A DNA stretch of 48,328 bases from Acidimicrobiales bacterium (GTDB lineage Bacteria > Actinomycetota > Acidimicrobiia > Acidimicrobiales > CADCTF01), in the NCBI GenBank assembly GCA_036261495.1, contig DATAKR010000058.1, forward strand, positions 1-48,328, given 5' to 3'. The notes below the pieces were generated by a model. The model was given only the letters and a program-made list of their open reading frames with translations. It was not told the DNA's origin and ran no database searches. The position numbers were made by a program, and so were the translations under genes. Each line of letters begins with the position of its first letter. Position 1 is the stretch's first letter. Below, piece by piece: positions 16,624-25,567 of this stretch.

Positions 16624-17550
16624 GTGCGCCAGGCCCAGGATCTGAAGGCGAACGACCCGTGCTGGTGCGGCAGCGGGCGTAAGTTCAAGCGATGCCACAA
16701 GTCGGAGCGGCTGCGGCCGGGCCGGGTCAGCCCCATGCGCACCGTCCCCGACCACATCGAGCGCCCTCCCTATGCCGCGACCGGCGAGGTGATCCGCCGG
16801 CCCGAGCCGCTCGTCAAGTCACCCGGCGTGATCGAGCGCATGCGGATCGCCGGTCGCGTGGCCGCCGAGGTCCTCGACGAGGTCGGCGCGGCCGTCCGCG
16901 TGGGGAGCACCACCGACGAGCTCGACCTCATCGCCCACGACGCGTACGTGCGCCGTGACGCGTACCCGAGCACGCTCAACTACCACGGGTATCCGAAGAC
17001 GATCTGCACCTCCGTGAACGAGGTGATCTGCCACGGGATCCCCGACGACCGCGCGCTCGTCGACGGCGACATCGTCAACGTCGACGTCACGGCCTACATC
17101 GGTGGAGTGCACGGCGACTGCAACGCGACGTTCCTCGTCGGCCACGTCGACGACGCGTCCCGGCGCCTGGTCGACGTCACCCGAGAGTGCCTCGACCGGG
17201 CGATCGCCGAGGTCCGGCCGGGCGCGCCGCTCAACGCCATCGGCAAGGCGATCCAGGACCACGCCGAGGGCCACGGCTACGGCGTGGTGCGCGCCTTCGT
17301 GGGGCACGGCATCGGCGAGCAGTTCCACACCGACCTGCACGTGGCCCACTACTACGACCCCGATCTGACGATGCCCCTCCAGGCCGGGATGACGTTCACG
17401 ATCGAGCCGATGATCACCATCGGCGACCACCGCTACCGCGTGTGGAACGACGGCTGGACGGCGGTGACGGCCGACGGCACGCGCACCGCCCAGTTCGAGC
17501 ACACCCTCCTCGTCACACCCGACGGTGCCGAGATCTTGACACTCGCCTGA
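16624..17550 (+). CDS. map: type I methionine aminopeptidase with N-terminal SEC-C zinc motif
   Basis: CWCGSGRKFKRCH at residues 13-25, then the MetAP core: NEVICHGIP, DIVNVDVT, GDCNATF, HGIGEQFH, FTIEPM, FEHT. GTG start. Confidence 0.9.
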   Translation: MRQAQDLKANDPCWCGSGRKFKRCHKSERLRPGRVSPMRTVPDHIERPPYAATGEVIRRPEPLVKSPGVIERMRIAGRVAAEVLDEVGAAVRVGSTTDELDLIAHDAYVRRDAYPSTLNYHGYPKTICTSVNEVICHGIPDDRALVDGDIVNVDVTAYIGGVHGDCNATFLVGHVDDASRRLVDVTRECLDRAIAEVRPGAPLNAIGKAIQDHAEGHGYGVVRAFVGHGIGEQFHTDLHVAHYYDPDLTMPLQAGMTFTIEPMITIGDHRYRVWNDGWTAVTADGTRTAQFEHTLLVTPDGAEILTLA

Positions 17551-17588
17551 CCCGGGCCCCGGCGACGGGGCGACGCCAGCTGCGGTTG

Positions 17589-18296
17589 TCAGGACGACGA
17601 CGACGGCTGGCGAGCCGGCGGTGCATCCTCGGCCGAGGGCGCCGGTTCGGAGCGGGCGACGGTGTGGCTCGCCGGCCCGCCGACCACGGCGCGGTGGTGG
17701 GTGGTCGCGGCGCCGGCAACACCGGAGGCGCCGGCCCGCACCAGCCAGGCGAGTGCGGCGACGACGGCGATGACCGCCGCGACGGCGAGAAGGACCAGCA
17801 GCGTCACGACGAGCGGTGCGAGCAGCGCGCCGAAGAGCAGCGTCGCCGGGCCGCCCGGGAACAGCGAGTACGCGACCACGGCGGCCGCGACGAGCACCAG
17901 GAGCGGGATGACGGCGCCGAGGACGTGCCGGAGCCGCTCGCCTCGGTCGACGCGGTCGCCTTGGTGCCGGCGTTGCCACTCGTCCCGCCAGCGGGCCCGC
18001 TGCGCGGCGATGGCGCGGCGGCGCCGGTAGACATGCGTCCGGGCGACGGCGAGCCCCGAACGCGAGGCCGCGACCGCGGTGTGGCCGGTGGTGACGGCGG
18101 CGCGGCGGACCGTGGGCCCGTGCGTCCTCGCGAGGGCGACCGCCCGGTCCTTGACCGCGACCGCATGCTCGCGCAGCGGCGAGGCCGATCCCGGCGTGGT
18201 CGCGCTCGGCGGCGTCACGGGCAGGCGCCGGCGCTGCTCGTCGATGCGGTCGGCGAGTCGCGCGAGGGAGTCGGGAGACGCCACGGGATCGTTCAC
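17589..18296 (-). CDS. hypothetical membrane protein
   Basis: 235-aa ORF with an Arg-rich cytoplasmic N-terminal half and two long hydrophobic helices (VIPLLVLVAAAVVAYSLF..., LLAPLVVTLLVLLAVAAVIAVVAALAWLV). No family recognised. Confidence 0.45.
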   Translation of the reverse strand: MNDPVASPDSLARLADRIDEQRRRLPVTPPSATTPGSASPLREHAVAVKDRAVALARTHGPTVRRAAVTTGHTAVAASRSGLAVARTHVYRRRRAIAAQRARWRDEWQRRHQGDRVDRGERLRHVLGAVIPLLVLVAAAVVAYSLFPGGPATLLFGALLAPLVVTLLVLLAVAAVIAVVAALAWLVRAGASGVAGAATTHHRAVVGGPASHTVARSEPAPSAEDAPPARQPSSSS

Positions 18297-18373
18297 TTCG
18301 GCGCGCGCCTACCCACTTCGGGCCGGCGAAAACCCCACGAGGGCCGACAACGCCGCGATCCGGTGTGAACCGG

Positions 18374-18529
18374 TCAGCCGACCAGGTCGGCGACAAAGGG
18401 CGTGACCGGCCGAGAGGAGGCGAGCGGCGCGGTCGTCAACCCGCAGGCCAGACCCGCGGTGACGACGCACGGGCCGTCGCGGTGATCGACGACTCGGCGC
18501 TGCTGCTCGATGAGCGCGACAGCGGGCAC
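18374..18529 (-). CDS. possible unannotated 51-aa ORF
   Basis: Manual translation gives VPAVALIEQQRRVVDHRDGPCVVTAGLACGLTTAPLASSRPVTPFVADLVG. 45 of 51 codons end in G/C. GTG start 2 nt after the upstream stop. Too short for the ORF track. Confidence 0.25.
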   Translation of the reverse strand: MPAVALIEQQRRVVDHRDGPCVVTAGLACGLTTAPLASSRPVTPFVADLVG

Positions 18530-18530
18530 G

Positions 18531-19487
18531 TCAGTCCATGGTGAGGACGATCTTGCCGAGCTTGCCGCCGGCCGCGAAGCGGTCGTACGCCGCCGCGGCC
18601 TCCGCCAGCGGGAACGTCTCGGCCACCGGTACGCGCACGTCGCCGGCGTCGAGCAGCGGGAGCACGTGGCGCTCGACGCGCCGGGCCGCGTCGGCCTTCT
18701 CCTCGAGCGACCGGGTGCGCAGCGTCGAACCCCGGATCGCCCCTCGCGAGCGCATCAGCGCCGACAGGTCGATCTCGGCCCGGGCGCCGGCGCCGACGCC
18801 GATGATCGAGATGCGCCCCCATGTGTCGAGCGTCGCGAGGTTGGCCGCGAGGTTCGGTGCGCCGACGAGCTCGAGGATGACGTCGTAGGGCCCGTGCTCG
18901 ACGAACGCGCCCGGCGCCACCACCGACGTCCACCCCGCCTCGCTGCCGAGCGCGGCGACGGCGTCGCGAAGCTCCTCGTTGCGAACCGTCGCCGTCACCC
19001 ATGCTCCCGCCGCTGCGGCGAGCTGCACGGCCGCGGTCCCCACGCCGCCGGCCGCGCCGTGGACGCACACCCGCTCGCCCATCTGGAGACCGCACTGGGT
19101 GAACAACGCGTCGTGGGCGGTCGTGAACACCTCCGGGAAGCCGCCGGCCTCGGGCCAGTCGATCGACACGGGGACGGGCATCGCCAGCCGCTCGTGCACG
19201 ACGGCGAGCTCCGCCTGGCCGGCGCCGGCGACGACCGCCATGACCCGGTCGCCGAGCGAGAGGCGGGTGACGCCCGGCCCCGCGGCGACGACCTCGCCGG
19301 CGATCTCGAGTCCGGGGATGTCGGCCGGCACGCCCGGCGGCGGCGGGTAGAAGCCCTGGCGTTGCATCAGATCGGCACCGTTGAGCCCGGCCGCGAACAC
19401 CCGGACGAGGACCTCCCCGGTGCCGGGTTCGGGCGGCGGCCGCTCCGCCACGACGATCTCGCCCTCGACGATCGTTGCCGCGCGCAT
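18531..19487 (-). CDS. NADPH:quinone oxidoreductase (zeta-crystallin type MDR)
   Basis: GEVLVRVFAAGLNGADLMQRQG, PGLEIAGEV, VHGAAGGVGTAAVQLA, GKLGKIVL. Start at MRAATIV (19487). Confidence 0.85.
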   Translation of the reverse strand: MRAATIVEGEIVVAERPPPEPGTGEVLVRVFAAGLNGADLMQRQGFYPPPPGVPADIPGLEIAGEVVAAGPGVTRLSLGDRVMAVVAGAGQAELAVVHERLAMPVPVSIDWPEAGGFPEVFTTAHDALFTQCGLQMGERVCVHGAAGGVGTAAVQLAAAAGAWVTATVRNEELRDAVAALGSEAGWTSVVAPGAFVEHGPYDVILELVGAPNLAANLATLDTWGRISIIGVGAGARAEIDLSALMRSRGAIRGSTLRTRSLEEKADAARRVERHVLPLLDAGDVRVPVAETFPLAEAAAAYDRFAAGGKLGKIVLTMD

Positions 19488-19577
19488 GGCCGACGAACCT
19501 AGCGCCGCGACCATCCTCCACCTCGCGCACGCGGCGGTCCACCATGTGCGGGGCGGACCAAGCGAGGAGGGCGCGCG

Positions 19578-19781
19578 GTGACGGCGTCGTACGTGGAAGC
19601 TGATCGGGACGCAGCCGGAGCGATGCTCTGCCCGGCGTGCGGTTGGGTGCGCGCCGGCGACGGGTGCAGCTGCGGCGACGCCATGTCTTCGTCGCTGCCG
19701 GCGGTCCGCTGGTTCGACGTGGCGGCCGTCACCATCCTCGTGGTGGGATTGGTGTCGCTGCTCGTCCTCGCCGCGGCCTGA
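19578..19781 (+). CDS. possible small Cys-rich (CPAC...CSC) protein with a C-terminal TM helix
   Basis: 67-aa ORF with a GTG start. Contains LCPACGWVRAGDGCSCGD followed by VAAVTILVVGLVSLLVLAAA. No homology recognised. Confidence 0.3.
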   Translation: MTASYVEADRDAAGAMLCPACGWVRAGDGCSCGDAMSSSLPAVRWFDVAAVTILVVGLVSLLVLAAA

Positions 19782-19797
19782 CCGCGCCGGCGGGGCG

Positions 19798-21009
19798 TCA
19801 GTTGACGCGACCGGCGCCGTAGAGGTCGCTGCGGAAGATCGAGGCGTAGCGCACGTAGGCGCCGGTGTGGGGCGCCTCGATCATCTGGCCGTTGCCCACG
19901 TAGATGCCCATGTGGTGCAGGTCGCTTCCGAAGAACACGAGGTCGCCGGGCTGCAGGTCGGAGATGGCGACGCGACTCGTGGCGTCCCACTGCGCGTAGG
20001 TGGAGTGGGGCAGGCTCTTGCCGCCGGCACGCCAGGCCCACATCGTCAGCCCGCTGCAGTCGAACGAGTCGGGTCCGGCGGCGCCCCACTGGTAGGGCTT
20101 GCCGAGCTGGCGCTGGGCCTCGGCGACCGCCGCCGAGGCGCCGGAGGAAGGCGGCGGCGCGTTCGAGGGGGCCGGCGCCGGCGACCCGCCGCTCGACGGC
20201 GGCGCGGTGGTCGTCGTGGTGGCCGGCTTCTGGGTGACGAGGGGGCTCGCCGGCGCGGTCGTCGTCGTGGTCGTCGCTGCTCGGGCCCGAGCGGCAGCAG
20301 CCGCGGCCGCGTCCTCGCGCGCCTTCCGCGCCGCCAGCTCGGCCTGCACGCGCGCCGCCTCCTCGGCGGCGCGGCGCTCCTGCTCGGCCTGCACGAGGGC
20401 CGCCAGCTCACCCTGGGTCTTGGCGAGGAGGTCGCGCTGCTGCTTCTCGAGGGCCTGGGCCTGCGCACGCTTGGCGTCGACGGTCTTCAACGCGTTGTCG
20501 GCCTGCTCGCGCGACGTGCGGAGCGCGGCCTGCTCCTCGTCGAGCCGCTTGCGGGCCTCGCGGAGCGCGTCGAGCGTCTCGCCGGCCGAAGCCGTGACGG
20601 CCCGCACGTAGGTGCCCCGCACGGCGAGGTCGTCGGTCGACTTCGTGGAGGCGAGCATCTGCAGCGCCGGCGACGACCCGCCGCGCATGTAGGCGACGAC
20701 CGACTGGCCCTTCAGCCGGGCGCGGATGGCGCTCACCTGCGCATCGGTGTCGGCGACGTTCTTCTCGGCGGTCGCCTGCCGCTCCTGGAGCTTCTGCACC
20801 TGGATCTGGGCTTGGTCGTACTGCTCGGCGAGCACCGACATCTGGCGGTCCTGGGCTTCGAGATCGCTGGCGATCTGCTGCGCCTGCGCGCGCTTGTCGC
20901 TGATCTCGTCGGCGCGCGCGGGCGACGCGAGGGTCGGCAGCAGAGCCACCACCACCGAGAGGATGGCGACCGCACGCAGACGGGGAAGGGCGTGGAGGGT
21001 CTGTCTCAT
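19798..21009 (-). CDS. secreted NlpC/P60 (C40) peptidoglycan endopeptidase with N-terminal coiled-coil (RipA-like architecture)
   Basis: Signal peptide, long Gln/Ala/Glu coiled-coil, Thr/Pro linker, then [21 protein letters not shown]...[21 protein letters not shown]. Confidence 0.9.
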   Translation of the reverse strand: MRQTLHALPRLRAVAILSVVVALLPTLASPARADEISDKRAQAQQIASDLEAQDRQMSVLAEQYDQAQIQVQKLQERQATAEKNVADTDAQVSAIRARLKGQSVVAYMRGGSSPALQMLASTKSTDDLAVRGTYVRAVTASAGETLDALREARKRLDEEQAALRTSREQADNALKTVDAKRAQAQALEKQQRDLLAKTQGELAALVQAEQERRAAEEAARVQAELAARKAREDAAAAAAARARAATTTTTTAPASPLVTQKPATTTTTAPPSSGGSPAPAPSNAPPPSSGASAAVAEAQRQLGKPYQWGAAGPDSFDCSGLTMWAWRAGGKSLPHSTYAQWDATSRVAISDLQPGDLVFFGSDLHHMGIYVGNGQMIEAPHTGAYVRYASIFRSDLYGAGRVN

Positions 21010-21062
21010 CGCATGAGAACCGGCCTTGGTGCCCGGCTGGTGGCCAAGGGTACCGTGCCGGC

Positions 21063-22445
21063 ATGACGGAGTACCGCATCGAGCACGACACGATGGGTGA
21101 GGTTCGCGTTCCCAAGGACGCGAAGTGGCAGGCCCAGACGCAGCGGGCCGTCGAGAACTTCCCGATCTCGGGGATCCCGATCGATCCGTCGCTCGTCCGC
21201 GCGCTCGCCGCGATCAAGGGCGCGGTCGCCGCCGAGAACGCACGGCGCAAGACGATCGACAAGAAGAAGGCCGACGCCATCCAAGCGGCCGCACGCGAGG
21301 TGATCGACGGGCAGTGGGACGCCGAGTTCCCCATCGACGTGTTCCAGACGGGCTCCGGCACGTCGTCGAACATGAACATGAACGAGGTGCTCGCCACGCT
21401 CGCGTCGGCCGCGCTCGGCGAGCCCGTGCATCCCAACGACGACGTCAACAACCCGCTGTCGTCGAACGACATGTTCCCGTCCGCGATCCACATCGCCGCG
21501 GCGATGTCGCTGAAGGGCGACTTGCTGCCGGCGCTGGCCCATCTCGCCGACGGGCTGCGGAAGAAGGCCCGCCAGTTCTCGAAGGTCGTCAAGTCGGGAC
21601 GCACGCATCTCATGGACGCGGTGCCGGTCACCCTCGGCCAGGAGTTCGGTGGCTACGCCGCCCAGATCGAGCAGTGCATCGAGCGCATCGAGTCGTCGCT
21701 GCCGCGCGTCGGCGAGCTGCCGCTCGGCGGATCCGCGACCGGCACGGGGTTGAACGTCCCGCGCGGGTTCGCAGCGAAGGTCGTCGCGAAGCTCTCCGCC
21801 GATCTCGACCTTCCGCTGAGCGAGGCGCGCGACCACTTCGCGGCGCAGGCGTCGCGTGACTCCCTCGTCGAGGCGTCGGGCCAGCTGCGCACCGTTGGTG
21901 TCGCCCTCACCAAGATCGCCAACGACCTGCGGTGGATGGGGTCGGGGCCGCGCACGGGTCTCGCCGAGATCTTCCTCCCCGATCTCCAGCCCGGGTCGTC
22001 GATCATGCCGGGCAAGGTCAACCCGGTGATCCCCGAGGCGGTGACGCAGGTGTCGGCCCAGGTGTTCGGCAACGATGCCACGGTCGCGTTCTGCGGCTCA
22101 CAGGGCGCCTTCGAGCTCAACGTCTACCTGCCGGTGATGGCCCGCAACCTGCTCGAGTCGATCCGCCTGCTCGCCAACGTGAGCCGCGTGTTCCGCGACA
22201 AGTGCATCGACGGCATCAAGGCCAACGAGGCGAAGTGCAAGGAGTACGCCGAGTCGTCGCCGTCGATCGGCACGTCGCTCAACCCCTACATCGGCTACGA
22301 GAAGGCCGCCGAGGTCATCAAGGAGTCGACCAAGACGGGGCGGTCGATCCGCGACCTCGTGCTCGACCGGGGCTGGATGACCGACGCCGAGCTCGACAAG
22401 GCCCTCGACGTGCTCTCGCAGACCAAGGGCGGCGTCCAGAAGTAG
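21063..22445 (+). CDS. fumC: class II fumarate hydratase
   Basis: 460 aa. [14 protein letters not shown], signature [21 protein letters not shown]. Confidence 0.95.
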   Translation: MTEYRIEHDTMGEVRVPKDAKWQAQTQRAVENFPISGIPIDPSLVRALAAIKGAVAAENARRKTIDKKKADAIQAAAREVIDGQWDAEFPIDVFQTGSGTSSNMNMNEVLATLASAALGEPVHPNDDVNNPLSSNDMFPSAIHIAAAMSLKGDLLPALAHLADGLRKKARQFSKVVKSGRTHLMDAVPVTLGQEFGGYAAQIEQCIERIESSLPRVGELPLGGSATGTGLNVPRGFAAKVVAKLSADLDLPLSEARDHFAAQASRDSLVEASGQLRTVGVALTKIANDLRWMGSGPRTGLAEIFLPDLQPGSSIMPGKVNPVIPEAVTQVSAQVFGNDATVAFCGSQGAFELNVYLPVMARNLLESIRLLANVSRVFRDKCIDGIKANEAKCKEYAESSPSIGTSLNPYIGYEKAAEVIKESTKTGRSIRDLVLDRGWMTDAELDKALDVLSQTKGGVQK

Positions 22446-22468
22446 CGGCGGCCCAGTCCGCGGCGCGG

Positions 22469-22954
22469 TCAGTACGCCGGCGAGCCGACGAACGGGCCGG
22501 GATCCTTGGTGAGGGGGATCACCGGGGCGCTCCACTTCATCATCCGGGCCAGGTTCTCCGTCACGGCTCGCCACTCGAGGGGCTTCCAGCCCTCGCTCGC
22601 ACCGACGACCGTGCCGTCCATGGCGAGGTGGACGATGGCCGGGAGCCGTTCGAGGCCGAGCGACTTGACCGCGGTGCGGTCGGCGTCGGCGAAGGTCAGC
22701 ACCTCGTCGGCCCACGGGCCGAGGAACCGCCGGCAGTCCTCCGCGTCCGCAGTCACCAGGAACGCCACCCGGCAGTCGGCCTGCTCGAACGTCTTCACGA
22801 TCCGCAGCGCCGTCTGCAGGATCCACGCGCTCTCGTTCGTGTAGGGGTCGAGGACGATGAGGAGCAGGTTGAAGGTGGTGAGCCACTGCTCGACCGTCTT
22901 GCCTGTGCCATTGACGGGCGTGAGCACGAGGTCCTGCGCCGGGTTGCTTGCCAC
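22469..22954 (-). CDS. thioredoxin-fold protein lacking a CxxC motif
   Basis: ORF 22469..23038. LLLIVLDPYTNESAWILQ occupies the place where a CxxC would sit, and ERLPAIVHL is a cis-Pro-like loop. Start uncertain: GTG 22954 chosen, while ATG 23038 would overlap the divergent neighbour. Confidence 0.55.
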   Translation of the reverse strand: MASNPAQDLVLTPVNGTGKTVEQWLTTFNLLLIVLDPYTNESAWILQTALRIVKTFEQADCRVAFLVTADAEDCRRFLGPWADEVLTFADADRTAVKSLGLERLPAIVHLAMDGTVVGASEGWKPLEWRAVTENLARMMKWSAPVIPLTKDPGPFVGSPAY

Positions 22955-23021
22955 GGGCCGAGAAGGTAGTGCGTCTACTCTTCCGCCTACGAACTCGCTG
23001 GGAGCCTGAAAGGCGGGCGGA

Positions 23022-23534
23022 ATGCGCCACATCAGCACGCTCTACGACATCCTTCTCGTGATCCACCTCATGACCGCCATCGTCGGCTTCGGTGCGGTCT
23101 TCCTCAACGGCGTCTACGGCGCGAAGGCGAAGGCCGCCGGCGGCGCCGTCGGGCTCGGCATCGCGCGCGCCAACCTCGACGTGACGAAGATCGGCGAGTA
23201 CCTGATCTACAGCGTGCCCGTGTGGGGGATCCTCCTCGTGATCACGTCGAAGAAGGCCTGGGACTTCAGCCAGATGTGGATCTCGCTGTCGTTCCTCCTC
23301 TTCATCGTCGGGCTCGGCATCTCCCATGGCGTGCTCCTGCGCAACGCCAAGAAGATGGATGCGCTCATGGAGGAGCTCGTGAGCGCGGGGCCGGCGCCGG
23401 CCGCCGCGGGCGGGCCGCCGCCGCAGGTCGCGCAGCTCGAGGCCCTCGGCAAGCAGCAGGCCATGGCCGGCGGCGTCCTCAACGTCCTCCTCATCGTCAT
23501 CGTCGTCCTGATGGTGTTCAAACCCGGCGCGTAG
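23022..23534 (+). CDS. DUF2269-like integral membrane protein
   Basis: 170 aa with four hydrophobic helices (LLVIHLMTAIVGFGAVFL..., VLNVLLIVIVVLMVF). Confidence 0.65.
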   Translation: MRHISTLYDILLVIHLMTAIVGFGAVFLNGVYGAKAKAAGGAVGLGIARANLDVTKIGEYLIYSVPVWGILLVITSKKAWDFSQMWISLSFLLFIVGLGISHGVLLRNAKKMDALMEELVSAGPAPAAAGGPPPQVAQLEALGKQQAMAGGVLNVLLIVIVVLMVFKPGA

Positions 23535-23584
23535 CGGGCGGTCTCCGGGCGCGTTGCGTCGGTCGAGCACGTAGCGTTCGACCG

Positions 23585-24388
23585 ATGCCGCACCCGATCG
23601 AACGCCTGCGTTGGATCGCCCGCGCCGAGGGCGCGGGGCCGTCGCTGCTCGCGCAGGAGGCGGCCGCCGCGCTTGCCACCATCGGCGACGATCCGGCCGC
23701 CATGGTCACCGGGTGCCGGCGGCTCATCGATCGGCATCCCGGCATCGGGCCCATGTGGTGGCTGGCCGCGCGCGTGCTCGCGGCGGGCGACCCCGTCGGT
23801 GAGGCCTGGGCCGCGGCCGCCGAGCTCGACGCCGACCCCACGCCGTCGGTGCTGGCCGCCCACCTGCCCGACGAGGCGACGGCCACAGTTGTCGGCTGGC
23901 AGGAGCAGCTCGCCGACGCGCTGCACCGGCGGGGTGATCTCGAGGTGCTCGTGGTCCGGGGCGACGGGGAGGGGCCGGGCCTCGTGCGCCGGCTGTCGTC
24001 GAGCGGTGTCGAAGCGGTCGACGTCCCCGACTCGGGCCTCGGCGCCGCCGTCCGCGACAGCCAGCTCGTCCTGCTCGAGGCGCTCGCCCTCGGCCCCGAC
24101 GGCTTCACCGCGACCTCGGGCTCGCTCGCCGCGGCCTCGACAGGCTGGGCCCTCGGCATCCCGGTGTGGGTGACCGCCGGCGCCGGTCGGGTGCTCCCGG
24201 GGAGGCTGTGGGAGGCACTCCAGTCGCGCCTCGACATGGAGGGCGACCCGTGGGAGACGACGGTCGATGTGGTGCCGCTCGGGCTCGCCGCGACCATCGC
24301 CGGGCCGCACGGGTTCGACGACCCTGAGGATGCGGTGAGGCGGGCCGACTGCCCGATCACCCCCGAGCTGCTGCGTTGGGAGAGCTGA
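23585..24388 (+). CDS. hypothetical protein, weak eIF-2B/MtnA-like fold resemblance
   Basis: Starts MPHPIERLRWIARAEG (ATG 23585 inside ORF 23222..24388). The C-terminal part SQLVLLEALALGPDGFTATSGSLAAASTGWALGIPVWVTAG resembles the IF-2B family core. Confidence 0.45.
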   Translation: MPHPIERLRWIARAEGAGPSLLAQEAAAALATIGDDPAAMVTGCRRLIDRHPGIGPMWWLAARVLAAGDPVGEAWAAAAELDADPTPSVLAAHLPDEATATVVGWQEQLADALHRRGDLEVLVVRGDGEGPGLVRRLSSSGVEAVDVPDSGLGAAVRDSQLVLLEALALGPDGFTATSGSLAAASTGWALGIPVWVTAGAGRVLPGRLWEALQSRLDMEGDPWETTVDVVPLGLAATIAGPHGFDDPEDAVRRADCPITPELLRWES

Positions 24389-24390
24389 CG

Positions 24391-24849
24391 ATGTCACGCC
24401 GCGACCAGATCAAGATGTCGGAGGAGGAGATCGACGCGTTCCTCCACGAGCGCCACACCTTGCAGGTGGCGACCGTCGGTGCGTCGGGCCGGATCCACCT
24501 CGTGGCGATGTGGTACGGGTTCCTCGACGGCGACATCGCGTTCTGGACGTACGGCAAGTCGCAGAAGGTCGTCAACCTCCGCCGCGACCCGCGGATGACC
24601 TGCCTCGTCGAGACCGGTGACACCTACGACCAGCTCCGCGGCGTCGAGCTGGTGGGCCGCGGCGAGATCGTCGACGACCGCGAGGCGGTGCTCCGCATCG
24701 GCGAGAGCGTGTCGGAGCGCTACACCGGCCCGGTCGACGACCAGGTCCGCGCCGGCCTCGCCGTGGTCGGCGCCAAGCGGGTCGGTGTCCGCCTTCGGAT
24801 CGACTCGGTCGTGTCGTGGGACCACCGCAAGCTCGCCGGCGCCTACTGA
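24391..24849 (+). CDS. PPOX-class (pyridoxamine 5'-phosphate oxidase-like) probable F420/FMN-dependent enzyme
   Basis: MSRRDQIKMSEEEIDAFLHERHTLQVATVGASGRIHLVAMWY... Confidence 0.7.
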   Translation: MSRRDQIKMSEEEIDAFLHERHTLQVATVGASGRIHLVAMWYGFLDGDIAFWTYGKSQKVVNLRRDPRMTCLVETGDTYDQLRGVELVGRGEIVDDREAVLRIGESVSERYTGPVDDQVRAGLAVVGAKRVGVRLRIDSVVSWDHRKLAGAY

Positions 24850-24871
24850 CCCCGCGGTAGGGTCCGCGGCC

Positions 24872-25567
24872 ATGGGTGAGACGGTCGAGTTCCCGAGCAA
24901 TGGCAACAACGCGTCCGGCTATGTCGCGACACCGTCGGGCGGATCCGGTCCCGGCGTCATCGTGATCCAGGAGTGGTGGGGCCTGGTGCCCCAGATCAAG
25001 GGCGCGTGCGACGACCTCGCCGGCGAGGGCTTCGTCGCGCTGGCCCCCGACCTCTACCACGGCGAGATCGCCGAGCACGACGAGATGGACAAGGCCGGCC
25101 ACCTCATGAACAGCCTTCCGATGGACCGGGCGGCGCGCGACATGGGCGCCGCCGTCGACTACCTCCTCGGCCTCGACGCCACGACGGGTGGCAAGGTCGG
25201 CGTGGTCGGCTTCTGCATGGGCGGCATGCTGACCCTCGTGCTCGCCGCGCAGCAGGGCGACAAGATCGGCGCCGCGGTCCCGTGGTACGGCGCGCCCGTC
25301 GACCCGAACGCGGCGCCCGACTGGAGCAACCTGACCGCGCCTGTGCTCGGCCACTTCGCCGAGAACGACTCGTTCTTCGCGCCGGGCCCGGTGAAGGACC
25401 TCGAAGCGACGTTGCGCGGCATGGGCAAGGACGTCACCTTCGACATCTACCCGGGGACGGGCCACGCCTTCGGCAACGAGACCAACGCCCTCGGCACCTT
25501 CGACGCCGATGCGAAGGCGAAGGCCTGGTCGCGCACGGTCGACTTCCTGCGATCGAAGCTTGGCTGA
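24872..25567 (+). CDS. dienelactone hydrolase family protein
   Basis: GVIVIQEWWGL, nucleophile motif GFCMGG, and C-terminal YPGTGHAF. Confidence 0.85.
   Translation: MGETVEFPSNGNNASGYVATPSGGSGPGVIVIQEWWGLVPQIKGACDDLAGEGFVALAPDLYHGEIAEHDEMDKAGHLMNSLPMDRAARDMGAAVDYLLGLDATTGGKVGVVGFCMGGMLTLVLAAQQGDKIGAAVPWYGAPVDPNAAPDWSNLTAPVLGHFAENDSFFAPGPVKDLEATLRGMGKDVTFDIYPGTGHAFGNETNALGTFDADAKAKAWSRTVDFLRSKLG

Noticed and set aside
21010-21062. c-di-AMP (ydaO-type) riboswitch, which often precedes actinobacterial NlpC/P60 and Rpf genes.
   Set aside because: The leader is only 53 nt and is shared with the divergent fumC gene. That is too short for the riboswitch, and no conserved motif was recognised.
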